Of a stretch of 64,000 nt of DNA, positions 47,974 through 59,410 are shown in pieces. Under the pieces are notes generated by a model. It saw only the letters and a list, made by a program, of their open reading frames with translations. It was not told where the DNA came from and ran no database searches. Within the stretch, counting starts at the first letter, position 1. Every line of letters begins with the position of its first letter. The position numbers and the translations under genes were made by a program. This DNA is from Anthoceros angustus (Eukaryota; Plantae; Anthocerotophyta): contig MU008184.1 of NCBI GenBank assembly GCA_010909165.1, forward strand, positions 806,001 through 870,000, in the 5' to 3' direction.

Positions 47974-50900
47974 ATGGCCGCATTTTGGCAACCGGATCTG
48001 TTCTGGATCCATCAAATTGATGGGTGTGGAGGGATTCTCCAAGGATCTCCCGCTCGACTTACTTTGGGGAGTCAATTGCTGGCGAACAACGAAGGTTCGA
48101 GGTACTACAGTGTAAGGACTCCAGCACTTCCGAGAAGTGCTGTGGCTGGGGAGCTGCTTTCCAGCGATGTTCGTTGCCAGGAGCAGGAGCTCCTGTGGCG
48201 ACATTTTTTTCTGGAGCCTACCATGTGGTGGGATAACAGGACAGATAAGAAGAGCTCCCGTTCGCCTGACTTCCGGCGTAAGGGCTCCGGCGAGGTCCTC
48301 TGGTTGAACAGCTTTTCCAAGCCAGCTTGGGTGGATGAGCAGCTGGTTGCTTTGGATATGCAGATGGGTCATGGTGCATCTCCTTCCAAGTTGAGCTCTC
48401 CGGATCCCGGCAGGCCCGCAGAATCAGAAATGGGCCTCGTAACTGCTGTAACCGTGAGCAAGTTATGTCAGCAAGGGAACCTGACTGAGGCCCTTGCAGC
48501 CCTGGAATCCCTGGCGCAGACAGGCTGTCATATTTCTCAGTCTGTCTTGTATACTGTGCTCAAACTGTGTGCAGCTAAGAATGCTCTGGCTGTGCTGCGA
48601 CAAGTTCATGATCTCATTGTCAAACTTGGGCACGAGTCAGATACATATTTGGGGAACCATATCTTGCGCATGTATGCACGCGAAGGTAGGTTACAAGAGG
48701 CCATGGATGTGTTCACCAGGGTTGGCAAACCAGATGCCTTCATGTGGTTTTCCATCATCTCCGCACATGCTAAACATGGGAAGCCTAGTGAGGCCGTGCA
48801 ACTGTACCTTGAAATGCGTACCTCAGTGGTGAAGGCGGATGCGCACGTTTTTGCAGCTGCTCTTCAAGCTTGCGCATTTTCAACCGACTTGGAGTCTGGC
48901 AGGAAAGTGCACTTGGATGTATTGCACAGTGGCATTCCTCCTGACTTATTTGTTGGCACCTGCCTGGTGGACATGTATGTAAAATGTGGCGAACTGGAAG
49001 ATGCACGCCGGGCTTTTGATGGCTTGGCCACCAAAAATGTGGTGACATGGACGGCTCTGATTGCCGGGTATGCAAATCATGGGCTCGGTCAAGAGGCTCT
49101 TGCTCTGTATGGACTAATGGAGCAGGAGGTTATGATTTTGGCTAACCATGTTACTTTTGCTTGCCTTCTGAAGGCCTGTGCAAGTGCTGGTGCCTTACAG
49201 GAGGGCAGGCAGCTGCACTCGCAGATTGTGGAAAGAGGACTCCTAGGTGACATGCTGGTTGGCACCTGCCTGGTGGACATGTATGCAAAATGTGGCGACC
49301 TGGAAGATGCACGCCGAGCTTTTGACTGCTTGGTCTCCAAGGATGTGGTGACATGGAATGCCCTGATTGCTGGGTATGCAAACCATGGGCTCTGTCAACA
49401 GGCACTTGATCTGTATGGACAAATGGAGCAGGAGGGCCTGATTGTGGCTGACCATGTCACTTTTGCTTGTCTTCTGAAGGCCTGCGCAAGCACTGGTGCC
49501 TTGCAGAAGGGCAGGCAGCTGCACTTACACATTGCGGAAAGAGGCCATCTGGCTAACATGCTGGTGGGCAACTGCCTGGTGGACATGTATGCAAAGTGTG
49601 GTGAAATGGAAGATGCACGCCAGGTTTTTGACGGGTTGGCCTCCAAGGATGTGGTGACATGGAATGCGCTGATTGGTGGATATGCAAATCATGGCCTAAG
49701 TCAAGAGGCGCTTGTGGTGTACGGACAAATGGAGCAGGAGGGCCTGATTTTGGCTGACCATGTTACTTTTGCTTGCCTTCTGAACTCCTGTGCAAGCACT
49801 GGTGCCTTGCAGAAGGGCAGGCAGCTGCACTTACACATTGCGGAAAGAGGCCATCTGGCTAACATGCTGGTGGGCAACTCCCTGGTGGACATGTATGCAA
49901 AATGTGGAGAACTGGAAGATGCACGCCGGGTCTTTGACAGCCTGGCCACAAAGGATGTGGTGACATGGACGTCCTTGATTGCTGGGTATTCAAATCACGG
50001 GGCCGGGCAAGAAGCCCTTGTTCTCTATGGACAAATGGAGCTGGAGGGTCTGCTTGTGGCTGACCATGTTACTTTTGCAATCCTTTTGAAGGCCTGTGCA
50101 ACCGCTGGTGCCTTGCAGATGGGCAGGCAATTGCACGCACAGATTGTGGAACGAGGCCAGCTATCTAACCTACTGGTGGGCAACTGCCTGGTGGACATGT
50201 ATGCAAAATGTGGTGAACTGAAAGAGGCACGAGGGGTTTTTGACAGCTTGGCCACAAAAAATGTGGTCACATGGACGGCACTGATTGCTGGGTGTGGTAC
50301 TTGTGATGAAGGTCACAACGCCCTGGCTTGTTTTCAGGAGATGTTATCGGCTGCTGTTCAGCCTGATGATGCCACTTTTACTAGCCTTCTAGTAGCATGC
50401 AGTCATGCGGGACTGGTGAATGAGGGCTGCAAGCACTTTGGCTCCATGGTTGAACTTCATGGCATCAAACCTACTGTTGAGCATTATAATTGCATGATTG
50501 ATCTTCTTGGGCGTGCCGGCCATTTAGAAGAGGCAGAGAACATGCTAATATTGTGTGAGAGCCAGAGCAATGTTGTGGGGTTGATGTCTTTGCTGAGTGC
50601 CTGCAAAAGTCACGGGGATGTGGAGAGGGCGACACGGTGCTTTGAAAGTCTTGTTAGACTGGACCCTCAGTGGGCATCCCCGTATGTGCTCATGGCCAAT
50701 GTCTATGCAGATGCAGGTAGGTGGACCGATGTAGAAAGAATTGAATCGCGGAGAACGGTAGCAGGGGCTAACAAAAAACCTGCGGTGGCGGGCATTGAGA
50801 TAGAGAAGCAGATACATACATTCGTGGTGGGAGAAAACAGAGGTGATATTTCGTTCAAAGCAGAGAGCATGAATGTCCGTCTGCAGGAGGAAGGGGGCCA

Positions 50901-51177
50901 TGTACCACAAACAAAGTTGGTGTTGAAGCCACTGTCTGAGAAGGAAAGGGAAGAGGCGCTCTGCGGGCATGCTGAGAAGCTAGCTCTGGCGTATGGTCTC
51001 TTGAACACTCCGAGTGGCACACCTCTGCTGGTAACGAAAAATCTACGCATGTGCGGTGACTGCCACAGTGCCACCCAGATCATGTCAAGGGTTGAGAAGA
51101 GAGACATTGTTGTTAGAGACGGGTACCGTGTGCATCGATTCGCAGCTGGTTCTTGCACCTGTAAAGATCGACCATGA
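47974..51177 (+). CDS. Intact PDF-PLS-DYW:KP PPR protein ending in DRP (1067 aa), candidate U-to-C editing factor
   Basis: Single-exon ORF with about 20 PLS motifs, E1/E2, KKPAVAGIEI, HAEKLA, NLRMCGDCH and CTCKDRP. Confidence 0.95.
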   Translation: MAAFWQPDLFWIHQIDGCGGILQGSPARLTLGSQLLANNEGSRYYSVRTPALPRSAVAGELLSSDVRCQEQELLWRHFFLEPTMWWDNRTDKKSSRSPDFRRKGSGEVLWLNSFSKPAWVDEQLVALDMQMGHGASPSKLSSPDPGRPAESEMGLVTAVTVSKLCQQGNLTEALAALESLAQTGCHISQSVLYTVLKLCAAKNALAVLRQVHDLIVKLGHESDTYLGNHILRMYAREGRLQEAMDVFTRVGKPDAFMWFSIISAHAKHGKPSEAVQLYLEMRTSVVKADAHVFAAALQACAFSTDLESGRKVHLDVLHSGIPPDLFVGTCLVDMYVKCGELEDARRAFDGLATKNVVTWTALIAGYANHGLGQEALALYGLMEQEVMILANHVTFACLLKACASAGALQEGRQLHSQIVERGLLGDMLVGTCLVDMYAKCGDLEDARRAFDCLVSKDVVTWNALIAGYANHGLCQQALDLYGQMEQEGLIVADHVTFACLLKACASTGALQKGRQLHLHIAERGHLANMLVGNCLVDMYAKCGEMEDARQVFDGLASKDVVTWNALIGGYANHGLSQEALVVYGQMEQEGLILADHVTFACLLNSCASTGALQKGRQLHLHIAERGHLANMLVGNSLVDMYAKCGELEDARRVFDSLATKDVVTWTSLIAGYSNHGAGQEALVLYGQMELEGLLVADHVTFAILLKACATAGALQMGRQLHAQIVERGQLSNLLVGNCLVDMYAKCGELKEARGVFDSLATKNVVTWTALIAGCGTCDEGHNALACFQEMLSAAVQPDDATFTSLLVACSHAGLVNEGCKHFGSMVELHGIKPTVEHYNCMIDLLGRAGHLEEAENMLILCESQSNVVGLMSLLSACKSHGDVERATRCFESLVRLDPQWASPYVLMANVYADAGRWTDVERIESRRTVAGANKKPAVAGIEIEKQIHTFVVGENRGDISFKAESMNVRLQEEGGHVPQTKLVLKPLSEKEREEALCGHAEKLALAYGLLNTPSGTPLLVTKNLRMCGDCHSATQIMSRVEKRDIVVRDGYRVHRFAAGSCTCKDRP

Positions 51178-51357
51178 GAATTAAGCGCGTGAGACAAAGC
51201 AGTGCGCTAAAAGGAAACGTCAATCCCACTAACCGATTGGTTGAGGCTGGGGTTGACAGGTTCCGGCGGATATAGGTCTCCTGTCAGTATCCACAGGTAC
51301 CACCGAAGATGAACAACACGTGGTAGGCTCTCCTCGCAGGTCATTCTTTCATCTTGC

Positions 51358-51945
51358 AGGTGCGCCATGATCCTGGTAACTTGCATTACAATTCTTGCTG
51401 TGGACTTCACAATATACCCCAGAAGGCTATGGGACAGAGACCTATGGCGCAGGGTTGATAGACGTGGGAGTAGGATCGTTTGTGGTTGCTAACGCATTGG
51501 TCTCCAGGCAGGGAAGAGGTTGGCCACCGCCCATGCATGGGGCTGTGCTGAGGAACACCAGCCGCTTCTCATCCTTGGCTTTACCAGGCTGTTTCTGAGG
51601 AGTGGAATATCAGGAGCATGTTGCAGAGTACGGGTCCATTGGAACTTCTTCACGCTCGCTGCTGTGACTCGAACGAGTTTCTGCTGTCTTCAGAGAGGAG
51701 CTCCAGCATCGTGAGCTTAGGCCTGTACAGAACTGTGGGCTACTGGGCCGTCTAAGATATCAGTGTGCAGCTTGGGTTCATGGTAAACCATTCAGCTAGG
51801 CTTTTGTTCAACATATTCAGGACTGTAACCGATGGTGACAACCTTACGGAGGAGTCTGCCCGCTGGTACACCGCCATGGAAGTGCATGTTCCGGATTCTT
51901 GCAGCTGTGACTCGGATTATCTCGCCTTCCCTGCCGGAGGAATGA
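51358..51945 (+). pseudogene. PIGW: Decayed PIG-W/GWT1 (GPI inositol acyltransferase) fragment
   Basis: Across frames: MILVTCITILAVDFTIYPRR, ETYGAGLIDVGVGSFVVANALVSRQ, LLILGFTRL, EYQEHVAEY.VHWNFFTLAAV and GYWAV. Many indels. Confidence 0.8.
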
Positions 51946-52417
51946 CCCTTGCCCAAGCCTCAGATTGAAGTTCTGGTGAGCCACTTGCAAACGGTGCCGG
52001 CATGAGCTTTTCAGACGGACCAAGTAATGAGCATCCTTTGGCTATACAACACGCAATCTACGTGAGACGTGTCCGTCGGGCCCAGTTCACCGTTCGCCTA
52101 CGCCTGTCGGGCGGTGTGCCTGATCACGCAGTTCGTGGATCCTTTAAATCCACCTCGGTCGTGAACGCCAGGGCCGGGCACACGACCCTGCAGGCGAAAC
52201 TGGCAGTTTTGGCACCACTCTGGTCAGGAAGGCAGATCCACTTCCGTCTACCGACGTGTGTCGACTGGGCCGAACCCAGGCCCTTCGTACAAGTACTGGA
52301 TGCGGGTAATCAGACCAGCTGAGTAATGGCACTAGTGAAGTGAAATAAGATAGAAAAAGAAAAAAAATAAAATATTAAAAGAATTTAATTAGTAGCTGTC
52401 TATTGAGAAGATGCATG

Positions 52418-54520
52418 TGTTGTATGTTTCGTGCAATCTCCTATTAATCATGCAATCTCCTATTAGAGAGGAATTGTTGCAGCCACTAATGAAGAGCTGC
52501 CTAGAGAGGACTCTTAGTGATCACACACTCTGCAAGAATATCCTAAGTTAGTAGCTGCCTAGTTGAGGCAAGCTTGCCGGATATATAAGGGCTAGAGCAA
52601 AACTTAGCATGAGTCATGCGCTGCAAGCCTTGTGTTGAGAGAGCTATGGAGAGCCTAGCTAATGAGCTTGTCATTGAGTCACGGGCTGTAGCCATTGGGC
52701 GTAGGTAGCCAGACTCAAGTCACTGTGTATTCTGGGAATAAAGAGCAGCACCTCAAAGAAGTGGTTTGCAAGTTGTCAATTGATGGCGGGCTACTTGGAG
52801 CCTAGTGTTGCGTTGTGAGATTGAAAGCGCTGAGAGTTGTGCAAGTCTTTATGTGGAGTGAATTTGCGAGGTCCTAGATCGTTGGGAAGCCAGTACTTGC
52901 CATTTCTTTACTGGCTACGTAGTAAGGGGCGTTACTTTGTGGTATCAAAGCCAGGTCCATTCCTCTGAGAGACTAGAGAGTGCACAAGATGGTCAATCAA
53001 AAGCGCAAGAAGATGCTTAAGAAGCAACTTCCTACCAATCATCTGCCTCAATCACCTGAAAGTTCTTCATCGTTAGAAAAAGACGAGCGGCGTGACTAGG
53101 AGAAGTCACCGCCTAAAGATATTGTGGGGCCATCTGGAGAAAAGTTAGAACATTAGAAGAAGAAAATGGTGGAAGCCCTAGGGTACCAAGTTGCAAGGCC
53201 CTATACCAGGTTTTTCCAAAAAGTCCTAAAAGATTTGAGGACTTTCAGAAAAAAGGCGAAGCAGAATCCGAAGCCCATTACTCAACAAGATGACGATGCA
53301 GAAGAAAAAAATAAAGGGATATACCCGACGAACGTCGCAGGCATCTTTTAAATGCCACCCAAGTCGAGCATGAAACTTGCTCAACCAGATAAGTATGAGG
53401 GAGAAAGAGATCTTCAATTTTTTCATTCTTGGATCTATTCTATAGAAACATATCTTGCCACATCTGGTCTTAAGCCACAATACTAGTTGGGTATTATTGG
53501 CAATTTTTTAAGGGGTTATGCCTTGGTCTGGTGGCGAAGTTATGGTGCTACCATTGCCCAAGGTAACCAAGCACATACATTCATAGACTGAGCATCTTTG
53601 AAAGAAGCCCTAAAGAAGCAGTTCCAGCCCGCAAATGCTTCGCACTTGAGTCGACAGCAGCTTGATTATATCAAGCAAACATATATTGTACAAGATTATG
53701 TAAGTACCTTCAGTGAAGCTGTAATGCATTGCACCACCATGGGTGAGGATGACAAGCTGCATCGCTTTATGTCTGGTCTAAAAGATTAGGATTCTAACAG
53801 AATTGAGTTGCATAGACCCACAAATGTTGGCAAAAGAAAACACAGCAGCAAATGCCATATCGGACACATACATTCGAGTGCACCCAAATCCTCCATAAGA
53901 TTTCAAGGAAATGCCTGTGGTTGGTATGCCCAAACTAGAGGAAGCTCTAGCAATGCCGGTAGAGGAGCTGCCAAGGACACTAGCGGAAATGGAGTTGCAA
54001 AAGGCAATCTAAGAGGAAATTTTCGCGGAAGAAATTAAGGAGCTCGTAGAGGCCGCGAAGCTCAGAGTGCGCGCGGAGGCAGGAATAGTCACAAAGGGTT
54101 CTCGAAAAGGAGTCTGCTACTCTTATGGAGAGCCGGAACATTATGCAAATGAATGTTCGAATGTTAAACAAACTCTCAATGTAGTGGAGGAAAATCCATA
54201 GCCCCGAAGACTCTGGATCACAAAAGTAGCGAGATCCAAAGATCCCAAGTGACAGGATTGGCTACATGTCGTGAAGCTCATGTACATACATGAATGTCTA
54301 AATGGAGCAAAAGCAAGGATGTTGCTTGATTTGGCAACAACACATAATTTCATTTCACTACCAATGCAAGCAAGCTTGGTTTGACATGGCTAGTACATCT
54401 GAGAGGAGCTGCGAGCTATATAGTTGTAGATATGGATGATCATGAAGTCATCTTGGGCTTAGAATGGATGAAATCTAATAAGGTATGTGTGAACCGAGAC
54501 TCATGCACCTTTGCAGAGCT
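52418..54520 (+). mobile_element. Ty3/Gypsy element: LTR, PBS, decayed gag and protease; truncated
   Basis: PBS TGGTATCAAAGCC at 52940-52952; gag PDKYEGERD..ALVWW..LKKQFQP..DKLHRFMSGL; knuckle CYSYGEPEHYANEC; protease MLLDLATTHNFIS. The LTR 5' edge is approximate. Confidence 0.85.
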
Positions 54521-56943
54521 AAATTCTTAGCATCTAGCTAGCAGGATCTACATTATCCCTTCGTCATTGTAGTCATGGGTTTCGTTGCCAAGAGATCGAC
54601 GCCCTTTGCCTTGATATACACGCATCATGCGACCCAAATACATCTAGACTCGGCACCTTCGGGGCGGCCTCCCAATTCGTGAGATGCCATGCCTGACAGC
54701 CTCCCACCTTTAGATGACCGATATTTCCGTCTACACTCAGCACCTTCCAGGACGACCTCCGTTATGACCTTCTGGTCGTCCAAACTCTACACCTTCGAAG
54801 ACAACCTCCCAATTTGTCATACCACGGTCTAGAGTATTTCGTCTCTCCTTGTTAAGCTTACAGGCGCAGCAGGGGAAGCAACAGGGTGAGCAGCTGAAGG
54901 AGCTCCAGGAGATGAAGAAGGAGAAGGAGGTTTTGGAGGGACGCCTAGGTAGCTTGGAAGTGGAAATAGGGAAGATCCGAGAGGAGCTGCAACGGAAGTC
55001 CAAGGATCAGGAAGCCCTCATGGTTTAGCTCGCTGTCATGCCGTGTGATACTAATCTCTGCACTTGGGTTTAGTGTTTGATTAGCATTAATTAATCTAAT
55101 TACTTATCTTTAAGTAAGTAATTAGTGTTAATTAATCTAAAGTGCTTATGTTAATTAAGCATTGATTAGTGTTAATTAAACATGGTTAGCATAATAAGTG
55201 GATAAGCTCAAGTAATATGCTTTGGCATATTGCATATTATAGTGTATTCTTAGGATAGCTCAAGTATGCTTTGGCATATTGCGATAGGATATCTTAGGAA
55301 TATCTTTGGATATCAGTAGTATATATAGACCCTTGGTGAGAAGCTCGGATCATAGCTTGTCCTCTAGATATCTGATAGGCGTTGTGAGGAGGCCAAAGCT
55401 ATGACTCAGGAGGCGATGTGTGAGGAATTTGCGTGTTGTTCTCGTGGGAGGTGTGTTTGTGCGGCGTGCGAGCTACTCCTTGTTACAAGCTATGATCTCG
55501 TGTGTACACTAGATAGGCGTACTAGGCTTAGTGTGATGCTAGGCGATGCTAGCGATGCTAGGCGATGCCAGCGATGCTAGGCGTGCTAGGCGATGCTAGC
55601 GATGCTAGCGATGCTAGGCGATGCTAGCGATGCTAGGCGAGGCTACGGCGGCGCTCTTTAAGCAAGTAGGCAAGGGACTCTGGTGTGCCCAAGGCTTGAG
55701 GCCTAGAGGGACCAAGCCCAAGGCGAGAGGAGGAGGAAGAAGCTCAAGCCCAAGGAGAGGAGGCGAAGAAGCCCAAGTCAAGGCCAAGGAGGAGGCGAAG
55801 CCCAAGTCCAAGGCCAGGAGGCGAAGAAGCCCAAGTCAAGGCCAAGGAGGAGAAGCCCAAGTCCAAGGCCAGGAGGAGGAGGAAGAAGCCCAAGGCCAAG
55901 GCCAAGGAGGCCAAGGAGGAGGCAGCCCAGGAGGAATGAGGCCTCCACAGGGGCTGGCCTTTTAAGGCCAACCAACCAAGGGAGAAACAAGAGTATTTTA
56001 CTCTTGGGCCCATTCAAGGGATAAGGGGAAGCGGATAGACATGGGTATGTCATCCATTTGATTTCACTTTCTGTCCAAAACTCCTAGTTGTGCACCCCAT
56101 CCAGTACTGATCCACCCCACGTGCTTAACTGGAGTTCTATGCCTTTGCTATCCAACTCACCCAGCTCACATTTTGACAGTGTAGCCTGCAGAGTATTGTA
56201 TGCAATTTTAACATGCATAGATACTTAGAGGTTTCACTAATCACGATCTAAGATAGCGGGTGTGTTAACCTTGATTAAGGGTTTGATCTAGCCACTAACC
56301 GCCTGGAGTGCATGCTGGACACACTCGATCCGGACGGAGCTACCAACCAAGTCCATCGAGCGAATTCAAGTCCCGACCAAGAGGAGAAGTGCGAACACTC
56401 GATTTTGGTACCACCGAAGGGCGGAGGAACCCAGCGACACAATCAACAATCTTTGAAGGATCTGGTGGCAACACACAAGACACGTTAGTGCGGGACAACT
56501 CGGTGAGCGGCGAGGAGGACTTGTCTCTTGGAGTCGTCAAGATGGGAGGAGACAAGGATCGAATGGAGTTGTTCACGGTGACAGCACCTTGCCACCGGAG
56601 GACTTCATCGAGAAATGCAGTGCGGTGTGCGGAGATGGAATTGAAGACCGGATACAGCGATACGGCTTCATCCAAATGCCAAGTACTTGGGGATGAAGCA
56701 TTGGCGTGCTATCGCGAGCACAAGGCGAGGTTGTTGAGCCACATGGAGGACCAGTGAGTAGCGATTCAAGCTCGAAGGAACCGGTCGACGGAGCGTGGCA
56801 CAGTGGGCACGATCCCATCGAAGATGTTTGACATCTTCCGGTGGAGTTTCCGCAAGCACGGATGAGAAGATCTCACACACTTCAAGATGAAGTCGCGAGA
56901 CTGAAGATGGCTTATCGAAGAATCGACCGGTTGGTACGTGACA

Positions 56944-58471
56944 CCAAGATCATGAGTGACCGGTGCAGAGAATACTTGCAGGCATTGCCATATGCACTGC
57001 GCATGAAGGTGCAACAAGCGGTGCACACGAAGGCAACACTACACCCTCAAGGAAGTGTACGAGATGGTCGACAAGATAGGGCCGGCCCGACACTTTCTCT
57101 CGTCTTTGCAAGTGATTACTCCGGCACAAGTAGGAGTGGTGGGCGACATGCGAGCGGAGGTCAGTGGAGGAGCTCGGCGAGACAAGCCAGCCACGGCCCA
57201 AGTGAGCCCTGCGTGAGGTGCCGAGGACGGACCATTCCCCTCATGAGTGCGAGCATGCATTCGGAGGAGTCAAGGGTGAGGAGCCATGCCATGTGGGAGT
57301 ATGCAATGAAGCGGCATGTTGGGAGAAGCATCCGAATTGCGGCCTACGGGTTATCGAGCAGCAACCCGGCCAATGCATCTGTCAACCTCATCCACAAAAT
57401 CGTGAGCAAAGAGTGGAGGAGGCCGTGAAGTCCGTGGACAAAAGCGGGAAGCATCAAAGAAGACGATGACGTGGCACGCCTTGCAAAGCTGGAGAAGTTG
57501 GTGCGAAGGCGAAGATCAAGGAGGCGGCGTTCATCATCGGAGGACGAAGAAGATGAGCACAAGCTTGGATACATGGCGTGTGAGATCCAAGGGCAGGGAA
57601 GAAACCTCGGCTACGAGAGAAGATAGCTCGGAGGAAGAAGAGGATGTCTTGACACCGTGGCGGAAGACACGGAAGGAAGCTTGGGGATCCTCTTCCGAAC
57701 CTATGCCAAGATCATGAGTGACCCGGGCTGCAGAGAAATGCGAGGCATTGCCATATGCACCTGCGCATGAAGGTGCAACAAGCGGTGCACACGAAGGCAA
57801 CACTACACCCTCAAGGAAGTGTACGAGATGGTCGACAAGATAGGGCCGGCCCGACACTTTCTCTCGTCTTTGCAAGTGATTACTCCGGCAAGTAGGAGTG
57901 GTGGGCGACATGACGCGGAGGTCAGTGGAGGAGCTCGGCGAGACAAGCCAGCCCAAGTGACGAGCCCTGCGTGAGGTGCCGAGGACGGACCATTCCCCTC
58001 ATGAGTGCGAGCATGCATTCGGAGGAGTCAAGGGTGAGGAGCCATGCCCTAGGTGTGGGAGGTGGGCACAATGAAGCATGTTGGGAGAAGCATCCGGTGC
58101 GGCCTACGGGTTATCGAGCAGCAACCCGGCCAATGCATCGTCAACCTCATCCACAAAATCGGCGAAGAGCAAAGGCGCGTGGAGGAGGCCGCAAGTCCCG
58201 TGGACAAAAGCGGGAAGCATCAAAGAAGGCGATGGGCTCGTGGCCTTGCAAAGCTGGAGTTGGTGCGGGCGAAGATCAAGGAGAGCGGTTCATCATCGAG
58301 GACGAAGAAGATGAGCACAAGCTTGGATACATGGCGGTGACCGGATCCAAGGGCAGGGAAGAAACCTCGCGGCTACGAGAAGATAGCTCGGAGGAAGAAG
58401 AGGATGTCTTGACACCGGTCGGAAGACACGGAAGGAAGCTTGGGGATCCTCTTCCGAACCTATGCCAAGAT
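56944..58471 (+). repeat. ~760-bp tandem duplication within gag
   Basis: CCAAGAT junction word at 56944, 57706 and 58465. The copies differ by many small indels. Confidence 0.9.
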
Positions 58472-59410
58472 GCCAAAGTCGTTTGAGCCATCCTGGTGTG
58501 CTTCGGGGAGATGCCATGTTTCAGCCTACAAGACATGGGGTTGGCGTGAAGGAAGTCGGGGTTTGACTCGGCGGATGTTGACAACCCTTGAAGGCGAAGC
58601 AAGTGTCGACAATGTGCCACAAATGGCAATGATGTCATTGACCTCCAAGCATCTCTGGAAGCGGAATCTTGCGCAGTGGGAGTGGCTTTGGTCAACAATC
58701 GGAGAGGCACATTGAAATCAATGGATTCGCACCAAGGAGGTGTTGATTGACAGGAGCGCCGGTGATCGTTGGAAGAAGAGTGAAGGAAGCGTTGGGTCTC
58801 CACCAAGAAAGGTTGAAGGAAACCAAGTGGAAGATCCGACCTTGGGACCACGGAGCATGTGTTGGGGTGACAAGGTACAAGCTGAAGGTTTCATTCAAAC
58901 CAAGAACAGCAGACTTCACCTTTGTCGAGGTACACCGCTTGGTCAGCGGTCGACACTTTTGATGTCTTCTTTGGGAGGACGCTTTGTACAAACAGGTCAT
59001 GGTGGATTTGTGGGCGAGAGGCAGTCTACTATCGACCGGTGGAGAAGCTGGAGCAAAACCGATGAACGGATTGCCCGCATCCCTCTGCATGCATGGCAAG
59101 GATCATGAGAACCTCATTGCCAGCGTCTGGTGGCGCCGTAGTGAAGGACACGCCATACGTGCTTGAACCTCTTGGCGTGTGTCTAACCGCGGCGATGGAG
59201 GATTTCGAGGAGGAGGAAAACAAGCTAGGGTTGCAACCACCCTCGGAGGAGGTTCTTCAAGTCGGACGGAGCTGGTGAGCAATGAGCCGTGCAAAAGCTG
59301 TGGAGGATGGTGCAAGAGGACCGATGCCCTATGAGCCGGAGAACTGTAAGTTCTTGCCTAGGGTTGAGCTGTTTGTGACCTAAACACCGGTCATCACATG
59401 GCGACCTCGG

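Noticed and set aside
55537-55965. GCGATGCTA(G) and AAGCCCAAG arrays and the 114-aa ORF they create
   Set aside because: Low-complexity repeats inside LTR1; the ORF is a by-product.
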